Shown: positions 40,901-53,500 of the stretch, one piece after another
Position numbering within the stretch: the stretch's first letter is position 1
Layout of the letters: every line of letters starts with the position of its first letter
Assembly: GCA_963920595.1 (NCBI GenBank)
Contig: OY986946.1
Coordinates: 124,001 to 188,000, forward strand
From: Eimeria praecox
Lineage: Eukaryota
Length of the DNA: 64,000 nt
Reading direction: 5' to 3'
Made by a program: the position numbers and the translations under genes
The notes under the pieces: model-generated
What the model was told of the DNA's origin: nothing
The model's input: only the letters and a program-made list of their open reading frames with translations
Database searches by the model: none

Positions 40901-43900
40901 CTTCACAAATGCGTGCCGCGCACCGAGACATATTGCTTCAGTAGTAACCGAAGAAGTGCACGGTTAGAGCAAAACGAGCCATCCCATGCCTTCTTTTGAC
41001 TTCAACATCATATTTCTCTAAGCATGCACATGCATACCTATGTCTGTAAACAGCCACGCTCAGAGGTCGCAGTACCAAAACGGCGCCGAGCTGGTGACTT
41101 CGCGCTTAGGGCCATACGTCCTGGGCAAAGCATGGCTCTGTTGTGAAGTAACAAAGAGCTTCGTCACACAGCGCAGCTACAGAGGCCCAGGGAAACTCCA
41201 TAGTTCCACGATGCTCGCACGTGCAGGGCCCACAGGCCTGATATAAAGACTGTGGATATTCCGCCCGGCAAGTGTTGCTGCATTAAACCATGGCAAGCCA
41301 ACCAAGCCCAAGCTCAACTGCAAATGCGACTGGATGGTTCAGGCTGCGTGAAGCATCCTTCTTGCTGCAAGAGCGAGCATAATCGAAAATATTCAGGATA
41401 TTCCGAAACCGCAGGTGGGTGCAGACCGAGTCCCTGCTTCACGCGTGTTTGTGCCTACTATGTTCGTGCGCTTATTCATAAGGCCCGCCTACTCCAAACA
41501 CAAACCAGTTGAACCAGTGTCGCCACCCCCCCCTGCATTGAGGATTTGCTTTCGTTTATACTGCCCAATAAGTGTAAAATGAATTACGGGCTGAAACTCC
41601 TTTTGCGCAGCGGCCAGGTGGATTTACACAGCTCGTGTTCGTTCCGTCCTGCATCCGCGACTCGGCCTTCGCTATTCGTGCCTTCCGCAGAACAGCTGAC
41701 ACCTTGCATTACCGGTATTATTGTCATTATCGCTAAATCTCAAAGTCAAATCACCGCGCAGTTGGCTACCACTTGCTACCACGTAATGGCCTGCAGTTGT
41801 ACTGCCTAACGAATACCTTGGCAACGTCTGTACTGTCAAGTGCTGTGTCAAGAAGGGATCCTGCGTATCTGCGTATCATCTGCGTATCGAAGCATCCCAG
41901 ATCACTAGCAAGCAAAGACAATCACGCTTGAAGAGAACGTCGTTTCCATATCTACCCGCACGTTTTTGCCTCAAGGCTACAGGCGACTACAGACACAACA
42001 AGGCATGCAATCGTACGAGCTGAAACGTAGAAGTAAGCAGATCAATGCCCAGAAGATAGGATTAGCTGTACAATATTCAGACGTGCTAGGATATGTTTCG
42101 GGTGCTAGACGCTTCACATATGAGCGCACATGCAGGATAATCATGTGCTTACTTTCTGGACGAACACCTAGCGATCGCAGCGGCAGGAACGGTTTCGCCG
42201 CACAGCACCTGCAGATGCGCACAATCAGACTAAAACGATGCTTAGGCAGACAGTGAGCCTAGCGGTGAGCCAAACTGTGCGTTTAAGGCCCTTCACAAAC
42301 GGCACAGACAGCAACGGGAGCAAGCGTGATGCTGGCCCCAAATCAATGCCGATGGTTGCATGGAGCGTTGTCGAATCGCGTTTTGCTGAAAACGCCACGG
42401 GAATTGAGTATGTTTTGGGTCTTCATCTTCAGGAGGCATAACTTGCGCGCAGATTGAGGGCCTGCTGTCCTTTGTGCTTTATTAAAGCGCTAACAACGAT
42501 GTGACGTACAGTGGCATGATCGAACGAAATGTAGTGATGCATTCGAACGCAGCCCCTACTCGGAACGCCAAGCAGCGTACCTAATCTCGCCAAAATAGAG
42601 GCACAACCCCGCTCTACGCTCTTCACTTCCTTCTGTTGTGTTCAATAGCTGCACGATAATGCCTTGGCATGCAATGGGTACTTCGAATGAATATCACCAA
42701 CACATTCACAAATAACACGTGCGCGGAACACAAAAGCGCTTGCCTGATCTCACAATTGCAGAAGCATCCGCGTGCTCGAAGGGGTTCGGCACCTTATGTA
42801 TGAACCAACAGCTGCACAGGGAGCTGCGCGTTGAACGCCCTTTTTGCGAGCGCAACGTGGGTGGACACACTGCCACATTAGTTAGCGCTGTCAGCCGCTG
42901 GCAGCCCTTCGCTATTATAGCCTCCTGAAGGACACCTATGGCCAAGCATAACGGACCTGGCAGTGAAACATTGCTAATCATTAGAACCAAACGACTCCAT
43001 TGTAGCTGCTTGTCGCTGCTACGCGTTGCGATGCACATAGCTGCGTCACCAGTTCACTGAAAGCATTTGTGGTGTCGGACTCTCTCGAAGCTTGCGTCGG
43101 ACGCAACACTCCACCTAAAACAAGTGCGGCTACAGCAAAAGCAAAGTCCATAACAGCTAACTCTGCAGCCCAATAAATCTGCAGACGCGGGGGCATGCAT
43201 CCATGAATGTTCTCATACGAACTGAAATGCGCCAGTACTCGTAGCTGCCCCCAGTTGATAAGAACCGCATCGTTTGCTTTAGCCATGCTACAAACTGGTT
43301 CAAGTGGTAAATCGTTTGCGCCGCAGAGGATCGGGGACCTAATTATGTGCAGACTTGCTAAAACCCGTTCTTGGCTATTTCTATCCTCGTGAAAGCACTT
43401 GGCTTTACACAGAAGCAGCTTGGCCGTCGATACGAGTAAACATTTGATAGGAGCCACGCGCAGTCACTGAATCCCGCTGCCCCGCATTTGGCCATTATAT
43501 TATATTATAGCCTCATTGATTCATTGACATTGTCTGTAATGCTAAACTCATATGTAACCGAACCTGTACCAGCGCTGTGCAGATGAATTATCTGCTAAGC
43601 ACATACTTCCTGAGCAGTGCAACACTCGCCGGTAACGTTTAAGGAGGATTCGCGCACACGCCCACTCGTATCCAGGTGCGCAGGAACTGCAGACACACAC
43701 GATGCTTACAGATCCAGTCTTCCTACACCCCCACCAAATGAAGTCTATGCTCCGTATGCTCCGTTGCGAAAAACAGAAAAATGAATTCCGCCAAAGCAAG
43801 AAAAAGAAGGCAAAGCGTAATAACGAACAAAATCGTGCAGGTGGTTGCATTTGGCATCCCTGTCGGTTCGCTGCTTAGTGGAAGGACGACCGGGGGAAGA

Positions 43901-45078
43901 ATGTTCAAGTCATTTCGGAGGCGTCAGGTGAGCGAAGGCCGGGGGTCTGAGGTCCCCTATCCTGCCTGTACGCTGCTGCGAGTTCTTCTGTGTTACCAGA
44001 TAGCTACATGATGAGGCGCGATTTACATGCGCTGCTGAAGCGCCATGCAAATGGGCACACCAGGCTTTGGACGCGCTGCCGGCTGCGTTTAGCCCTTCGC
44101 CATTTCCTGCCTCCATAAAACGCCTTGCATCATACACAACAGCGCCAGTCTTCAGCACTCTCGAGCCTTTAGCGCAAGTTACAGTGTAGGTGCGTTTCCC
44201 TCCTACCACGTATGGAGCTGCAAATGCGCACCCTCACCAATTATTTGTTGTCGTTTGTAATCTCAGACACCCTCTTCCACAGGCAAATCCTTTGCCAGAA
44301 CATGCCTCCACAGGAGAAACTGAAGACGAGCGCTGGCACAACAAAAGGCGCTCCCGTATATCCTGACATAAAAGTGCCGCAAGCATGCCCTCGTGTATAG
44401 AAACATTAATGAGAGCTGGTGTACATGCTGAAGCGCAGCAATACCCATAACCGGGTCCAAAAGATAAAAGCCGTTTCTGGATGCTCATATTTGCTACAAA
44501 TGATTCTAGATGTAATTGAATCGTTACACTTCCGAGGGTTATTATTTTCGCACTTCCTTCTGAAAAGAGTTTACGATTATCACTCCTGAAAAGGTCCCGT
44601 GATAACTCGCTTGCGCAAATAGACATCCAAGCCACTATGATCATGCGCGGAGCTCCCCTAGTTCTCCGCCGCATATTGGGTCAGCGCGGATTCCCAAACA
44701 TAGACTATTGAAGGAGGGCGGCGCAACGGAGTGCAAGCCTTGATGAAAGTGCAAAACGATGCAGCACGCTGGATGTCGCGTCTTTTTCAAGCCTCGCCCG
44801 GTTGTTCAAGATGAGCACTATGTATTCTGCAGATGAACTAAGATGGGATGAAGCATAGTTCTGTCAGATATTGGTGAATGGGTGCTGCGAGCACCCTGCC
44901 GCGACATGGATCGCACGAATGAATGCTAGCGGCATATCCAAATATTGTACGGGTCTGTGGCTCCATACGAGACAGCTCGTTTAATCTCGCCAAACTAGGA
45001 AGAACAGCCCGAAGGATCGGTTTTCTTGTTTTCGCCAGTCCATAATGGCGACACCGTAAGCCGCGAGTGTCGCGTCAT

Positions 45079-45576
45079 TGATTTCAACCAGCGCGAGCAA
45101 ACGACGCCCAAGCTCACCACCAACCACAAAAATGCTCATTGCATTTGACGTACCTTGTGTCCTCATCGAGCCGCTTCCTTTTGACTGACCACCGGTGATC
45201 GGGAGGTTTAGCTGTTAGGAAGGTATAGCACTCACGTGGATTAGGGGGCTTCATAGCAATCGCTCGCGATTAGTGAATGGCGCTACCAACTGTCGGCTGG
45301 GAGACTGCGACCTTGAGGGAATATCAGCAACACATTCGTAGGCCCCGCCTACTTCAAACGCAAAACAGGTTAACTACTCTTGATAAACCAGAACGACAAG
45401 CCTTCACTACGAGTTCCACCTTATGTGCTACTTAATAGCTTTACGTGGGCTGCCGTTTTGACATCCTCTTGTGCAAGCGCCCGTCCGGATCTACGCAAGC
45501 ACAGTGTTCGAGTGTTGGCCGCCCCATAAGGGCCATACGGGCCCTTCCCTGTTCCCACTCTCCACGGCAGAGCTGC
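45079..45576 (+). repeat. 498-bp dispersed copy of part of monomer B (1183-1680 of each full unit)
   Basis: Colinear match from tgatttcaaccagc to gcagagctgc at offset 43896, roughly 90-95% identical by eye. ORF 45445 begins identically to ORF 1549. Confidence 0.93.
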
Positions 45577-46988
45577 CCTTATACATTAACCGGAGTGCGC
45601 AGCAATAAAACTGACAGATTGCATTGGCCAAGCCGCGGGCCGCAGCTAGTTCGTCGCCCCAGCCCTCGGTCAAAAGGCTATCATCATAAGCAACGGGGAT
45701 AATCGGCAATGCTATTAAGCATTTGGCACAAACCACCCCTCATTCGGTTCTTCCTTTTACCACGCACTGCGCTGCAGATGACTGCTGCATCAATACGCTG
45801 ATGCCTTTCTTAATGGCAGGCAGTGCCTCGCAGACTCATGCCGCATCATTGATATACTCCACCCCCGTGATCTACCCAAGCAGAGCGCGACGTAGCACTG
45901 TAGACACCTAGATTGCCCTTCTATGGATATAACTATTCTGGACGGAGGCACATACATATTGGCGCGTGCATATACAAACACATATTCATCATTCCACTGC
46001 AAACAGTAATTCTGCAAAGACACATATGCACTTCACGCCGGTCACCAGATAACCTCAAATGTTGCCGCAACCACAATCGGATCAACCGGATGTCCTTGCT
46101 AATATATGCATACTTCCTGGGCAAGCCCAAGCGCAATCGTAACTCCAAAAGAGGATCCGCCACGCTACCTTCGTGCAAGCGTCCACACCAACTACAAACT
46201 TGCACGATGCGCACACACGAGGCCAACCTAATTCCCCGCCGACTTTTGCGTATTGCCTTGTCTGTGGAAGACGTTTAACAACTTCAGGCGAACCAACCGC
46301 ACCCTCAACACCAAATGCAATGAGATACATCCGGAAGCATGGGGCGTCTGACTTCTTGGCCCTCTTCCTTTTGAAATGCTAAATTTTTATTTGGAGAATT
46401 AGTATTGCCCGCGCCATCGGATGCGGCGCGCCCTTCCCGGTGGTCATTGTTCCCAAAGAAACTGCCAACGCATAGAACCAGCGTAATCTCCAGTTATACT
46501 AAACCCTTGACACAGATCACTAAGTTGTCGGTGCTCCTCCTACCACGTATTGTGCTGCAGATATAATGCCTTACCAATCTACTGGAATCCTCTACAGACT
46601 GTGTTGCAAAATGCATATCGCGTCTCCAACCAGCGCGTCCCAGCAGAGCTAAAGACAAGCAGGGATAAAACAAAATGAACACGAACCTCTTTCCTCACAT
46701 CAGCCCTACAGATCTGCGCGAATCTCCATAGCAATCCAAGACTGTCAACAGATAGACTAAAATGTTACACAGCCCATCGCCGCGCCGTTGAACAAGCATG
46801 GCTTCTAAGCGCATACTTCCTGCGCAATTTAACAAGCCATTGTGAAGCAGGGCAACTCCTTTCCACCCCGATACTGTTGAAGCGCACCAATCAGCTGCAT
46901 GCCCGCACGAGGCTTAGACATCTATCCCCACCCCAGCCGCCCCCCCCTGCCGCCCCCGTGCCGCCAAAGACTGCTGGTAACCATAACG

Positions 46989-49900
46989 GGCAACGGAGGC
47001 CACTTTTGCCGGAGCTAACAAGCCAGCCTTTAGCTTCTGAAGAACGGCAAAACAAAGCGACCGGGTGCATGGGATGCCTGCCCATATAGACGCGGCTCTT
47101 GTTGAAGGACCAACCGGGGCCGAGAGTGTTCAGGGGCTCTTAAAAGAATCATGTGATTGCAAGCAGAGAGCGTGCCCTAAGTATAACATTATCGTTCATC
47201 TTAAGGCGCCCCCAACACTTAAACCCTCTGCCATGAGAGACCAGTCTTCAACGAGAGTGAGTAGCGCATATATGGACTTCACCTGCCGCGAATGCAAGGC
47301 ACTTTAGATAATAATATACCGCCAAACCAGAAATGCACGCCTACCATTCAGGGTGCACCTTCATTTGTGGTACTTACTAGCTAGGTAGTCAGGCAGGTGT
47401 TTTCCCCTGCTTTATGCAGGCGCCAAGCAGAGTTCGCGACGGTATCATGACCGCGACGTTCTCCACAGGCCCCCATTTGTTATTCCCATCCTTTATAGGA
47501 CGACAATCGTCGACAATCGTCCTGCCAAAATTGAGCGGGGCTCCATAATACAAATCCATCTGCACAAAGCACTGCTATATTGCCTCACCAATCCACTGAA
47601 ATCATTTGTCAGGTCAGAGAGGCTCGGAAGCGCACGTCTGGTATCGAAACAACTCGCCCCACTGCAAACAAAGTCCCAGAATGGCTAGGTCCATCGACGC
47701 TGGCACAATTTCTCAGGCGCCAGCTGGAGAAGTAAGCAAGCATGCACACACGCACCCGTGCGTGCCACCAGAAAGCCTGAAATGCAGCACTGACAAAAGC
47801 AGATCTCAGAAGTTGAATTACATCCTGCTGCTTCATTTCATACGTGCTACAAACGGTCCTGGCTGCTAGCTACTCCGCAACTCCGCACGACTGGCAGCCC
47901 AGTATGAGCATACTCTCTGGGCGGAACAGGTTGCAAGCGGAGCGCCAACACCACAGTGCTCACACGCGGATTTCTCAGCTCTTCACCGTGTACTGCCTGC
48001 ATTTACTACAGTAAGGAGGATGACTGACGGAAGAAGGAGCGAGGAAAAAACGCAAGTCTATCACTGCAAAAAAAAGATGCAGCTTGTTCCTTGAAGCGTC
48101 CCGTGGGTTGCCGCCTTGTGCGAAAAGACCAGAGATAACTGGCAAATTGTTCAAGTTGTTCGGGAGTCATCATTTGAATGCAGGCAGATGGTGCTTCGCG
48201 TTCGGCTCTGCCTCCTACATTGGGAAGATGCAAAGGCATACTTTCTGGGCAAGCGAGCGCGCGGCCTAAAGTGCATAGGATTTTGCACAATCTGCCTGGA
48301 GATGTGCGCACACATTACTTAGCCCCACTGCCTTCATACCTGCATTGTGGCTAGCTCGTGCTCAAATACTGCGTATGCGCCTACCGCCAGATGCTGCTTG
48401 ATCAAAACCAAGCTTTCTACAAATTGCAAAACGATGACGCGGGCTCCAGGGGGAGTCCTTAGTGAATTGCTTTCTGGTGAAAAACCAACGAAAATAAGGA
48501 ATATTCAAGACACGTGAAGCCCCCAGGCGCTTTGGGTCCTCCTTGCAGCTTGCCTCTGCCTACTAAGCTCAGGCGTTACGAATACAACGTCGTGAGATGC
48601 AGTGCACGAACAGAAATGAGTGGCACCTTTGCAAAGTGCACTTACTCCGAGGACAAAACAGCTTGAGATAATCTGGCCAAACTAGATTAGCTGGCTGCGC
48701 TGCTAGTTTGCCGCTTTTTGTCTTGCTAGTAAACAATGCTACGGGTTTGCGTTTCGGCAACGGAGGCCACTTTTGCCGGAGGTAACAAGCCAGCCTTTAG
48801 CTTCTGAAGAACGGCAAAACAAAGCGACCGGGTGCATGGGATGCCTGCCCATATAGACGCGGTTCTTGTTGAAGGACCAACCGGGGCCGAGAGTGTTCGG
48901 GGGCTCTTAAAAGAATCATGTGATTGCAAGCAGAGAGCGTGCCCTAAGTATAACATTATCGTTCATCTTAAGGCGCCCCCAACACTTAAACCCTCTGCCA
49001 TGAGAGACCAGTCTTCAACGAGAGTGAGTAGCACATATATGGACTTCACCTGCCGCGAATGCAAGGCACTTTAGATAATAATATACCGCCAAACCAGAAA
49101 TGCACGCCTACCATTCAGGGTGCACCTTCATTTGTGCTACTTACTAGCTAGGTAGTCAGGCAGGTGTTTTCCCCTGCTTTATGCAGGCGCCAAGCAGAGT
49201 TCGCGACGGTATCATGACCGCGACGTTCTCCACAGGCCCCCATTTGTTATTCCCATCCTTTATAGGACGACAATCGTCGACAATCGTCCTGCCAAAATTG
49301 AGCGGGGCTCCATAATACAAATCCATCTGCACAAAGCACTGCTATATTGCCTCACCAATCCACTGAAATCATTTGTCAGGTCAGAGAGGCTCGGAAGCGC
49401 ACGTCTGGTATCGAAACAACTCGCCCCACTGCAAACAAAGTCCCAGAATGGCTAGGTCCATCGACGCTGGCACAATTTCTCAGGCGCCAGCTGGAGAAGT
49501 AAGCAAGCATGCACACACGCACCCGTGCGTGCCACCAGAAAGCCTGAAATGCAGCACTGACAAAAGCAGATCTCAGAAGTTGAATTACATCCTGCTGCTT
49601 CATTTCATACGTGCTACAAACGGTCCTGGCTGCTAGCTACTCCGCAACTCCGCACGACTGGCAGCCCAGTATGAGCATACTCTCTGGGCGGAACAGGTTG
49701 CAAGCGGAGCGCCAACACCACAGTGCTCACACGCGGATTTCTCAGCTCTTCACCGTGTACTGCCTGCATTTACTACAGTAAGGAGGATGACTGACGGAAG
49801 AAGGAGCGAGGAAAAAACGCAAGTCTAACACTGCAAAAAAAAGATGCAGCTTGTTCCTTGAAGCGTCCCATGGGTAGCCGCCTTGTGCGAAAAGACCAGA

Positions 49901-50521
49901 GATAACTGGCAAATTGTTCAAGTTGTTCGGGAGTCATCATTTGAATGCAGGCAGATGGTGCTTCGCGTTCGGCTCTGCCTCCTACATTGGGAAGATGCAA
50001 AGGCATACTTTCTGGGCAAGCGAGCGCGCGGCCTAAAGTGCATAGGATTTTGCACAATCTGCCTGGAGATGTGCGCACACATTACTTAGCCCCACTGCCT
50101 TCATACCTGCATTGTGGCTAGCTCGTGCTCAAATACTGCGTATGCGCCTACCGCCAGATGCTGCTTGATCAAAACCAAGCTTTCTACAAATTGCAAAACG
50201 ATGACGCGGGCTCCAGGGGGAGTCCTTAGTGAATTGCTTTCTGGTGAAAAACCAACGAAAATAAGGAATATTCAAGACACGTGAAGCCCCCAGGCGCTCT
50301 GGGTCCTCCTTGCAGCTTGCCTCTGCCTACTAAGCTCAGGCGTTACGAATACAACGTCGTGAGATGCAGTGCACGAACAGAAATGAGTGGCACCTTTGCA
50401 AAGTGCACTTACTCCGAGGACAAAACAGCTTGAGATAATCTGGCCAAACTAGATTAGCTGGCTGCGCTGCTAGTTTGCCGCTTTTTGTCTTGCTAGTAAA
50501 CAATGCTACGGGTTTGCGTTT
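46989..50521. repeat. Recent tandem duplication with 1767-bp period (46989-48754 and 48756-50521), containing two monomer cores
   Basis: Near-identical sequence. ORF pairs 47065/48832, 47606/49373 and 48006/49773 are all offset by 1767. Confidence 0.95.
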
Positions 50522-53500
50522 TCAACCACCCTGTGGATTTGTGCAACTCCCGACAGCTGCGGCCTCGTTTTAGCTAAAGCCGTTCCTCCAATAATACATG
50601 CCAGCATACGTAGCAGGGTTCACTGCGAACGCTACGAAGCGTTTGGTGCCAAGCATTGCGCTGCCTCGGCTTTGTGCCATCACGCATTGCGCTGCAGACA
50701 AGCTCCCCCTAGCAATTTACTGGGAGGCTTCTAAATGCCGGACAATGTTCCGCAAATGCAGATCTCAACGCGGAACTCCCGTGCCCCTGTAGTTACCAGC
50801 TCGGTAAGCCTTCACCCTTCCATATGCGAGTTCATGTCTACCCTGCTAGACAATGAAACGAAAACGTAACAATGGGTGAGCCAAATATATGAATTTTAGT
50901 TGGGTTGCTATAAGCTTGCTGCAACCTGTTTTAGCTGTCTAAAGCTTCGCTTACCCGCACCTGTAGCAGCTGCCTATGCGCATACTCCCTGGCACAGGCA
51001 GCCGCCGATCGCCAAGCCAGGGACGGCTTCGGCATACTGCACCCGTAGAAAAGAGCACAGACTGCACGACCCACGACGTTCAGACATGAAGACCCCATAT
51101 GCCTTATGCCTTAGCGAAGCACAGCGAACACGCCTATTGGCGAACGCAGCTGATTTCGATTGCCACAAGAGAAACAAGCGCGAGCTTAATACCAACTTAA
51201 AGACGTTGCAGCCTGGTGCAGCGGGAATTTTTATCCAATCGTGTCTTGTTGGAAGACCTTAGACAACTGGAAATCGTCGCGGTAGTCCGAGAAAATCGTG
51301 TGCGCACAGACCAACGATCGGTTGCTTGTCTATCCCTGTTCGGTTGGAATGCTACAAACATTTTGCCAGGGCATGCAACAAAGACGAGTGGTGCATCCAT
51401 GAATTGCAAATACTCCGACCATAAAACAGCTCACCTAGCCTGGCAAAACCAGAAACGCTTGTCTGCGCTGCGAGCTTCGCTTTCTTCTGCCCTACCTAAT
51501 ACCCAAACCGCGAGTTGCGCACTCCGTGTTCTGCGCAGGCACCATGCGGATCTACACATTTCGCGTTGGTGAAACTTCCGGTTGCGGCTGCGTCGAGCAA
51601 GTGAATGTGTTTCTTTACACTGGCGGCAAAACCTTCTTACTTTTCGGATCTCTGACGGAAAACTACGTGCGTACTTTCTGGACAAAAATTTATTTGATCG
51701 AACGCTAAGGAAGGCGTCGTCAAACCGCCGCCGTAGGCGCGGGCATAAAAACAGTGTAGCCCCACCATGAGCGCACATGCAGCACCACTAGCGCTTCGCC
51801 AAATACTTCGTATACACCTACTGGTGAACAAGTTTTTTTCAGCCAGGGCGAATGAAACAAGCACAAGCTCAACGTCAACTGCTAAACCGTGCAGTTGGTT
51901 TCATTGGGTATCCTTGCCGAATTGTTTCTTGTGGGAGACCAACGATAATCGAAGGTGTTAAAGAACCTTTCGAGGCATCAGGCGCCTTCAATGAGGAGGC
52001 TTGCTCCCTGTGTACGTCTGCCTATTGCATTTGAGTGCAATCAGTGTTTCGAGGGGAGCTCATGAAGCTGATACAGGCATTCATATGTTGCCCGCTCTGA
52101 ACACAAAGCAGCTTAAATAGTCTCGCCAAGCCAGAAGCGCGCCCTAGCACTACTAGGTCCTCCTTCGTCAGGGTTGCCCAACAAGTACAGAATGAGGCCC
52201 AGGCTCAGCGTCCGTTTCCCGAGGCGCCCCGGGGATTTGCATAACTGTGCTGGTCTGGTCCCGTCCTCCGCACAACACTTGACATATAATATATCCGGCC
52301 TGGCCAGGAATAATAACGCACCTTTGACACAAATTACGATTTATGCGATGCTTTTGGCTACCACCCACTGCGCCGTACATATTCTGCGCCATCGATTCAT
52401 TGGCATCTTTTGTAATTTGAGGCTCCTTGTAGCAAATGTATATTGCCAGGGCGAAACTTTTTGCACGAGTAGACTAAAATCAAGATCGCATCTAAAGGAA
52501 ACTGAATTCTCAATTCTTTGTATTGTGCTCCTCGGCAAGTCTGGATGAGGCCTACCATCAGGCAGCCTGAAACGCATAGCGGCACCCACCAGATGAAGCC
52601 ATTTGTGGTGCTTTCGAGTTTCTAAATACTGCGCGACAGAAAACGTCGAATCGCCGTGGCTTTGGTACTTATTTATCTGCGTACGCTCTGCACAAACAAG
52701 GCCTCATCGCAAGGCCAGAGCAGTCTTCGGCATACCGCGCCCGTCGAAGCAGAGAAGCAACCTACACAACCTCAGACTGCTCGCAAGCGCAAGGCCACTA
52801 GTTGTCTAGGAAGTGCTGCACAAGGGTCTACTTGGACACAAATACAATTTCAGCCCCGCTAGGAAAATCAGGCGCAAGCCTGTCAACATATGCAGGCCAA
52901 TGCAGCTTGCTACGTAAAGCGTGCTTGCTGAATCACTTCATACTCGGAACCCAACGATAATCAAAAGTATCCATGATGTTGAGAAGACGTGCGTGTAGTC
53001 GAAGAGCCGGTTTTCCATTCGCCTTTGCCCACCATGTTGCATCAGTTTCAACACTATGCCATGATATCCCGTGCTCGAACGAAGCTCAGTGGCCCGTTAG
53101 AGCGCTGCAGCTGCATCGACCATACGCCAGCCTTGCTAGGATCGCCAAAGCAGACGCCCCCGCTGAACTACTGGTTCTGACAGCTTCCCGGTCATCCAGT
53201 AGCCATACCATGAGATAGGGGGTCGTTCGCCTTCTGTAAAAAGCAATGCCAGTGTACACAGGGCATGCTAATCGCGCAGCCTGCCACGTCTCGCCCTTCA
53301 GTTTCACTTTCCGCAAAGCACTGGCGGTCGAAATAACTCGGCCTTTAACACGAACCACCACGTAGTCACTGCTTACTGCAACCGCTTATGGCGCTGCATA
53401 TAAATTGCCTCACCACTTCACTGATATTGTTTGGACTACGTCGCGCTGCGGCATGCTGCGTATGCACATACCCCGCTCTAGAAAGAGCCAAAGAGAAGCA

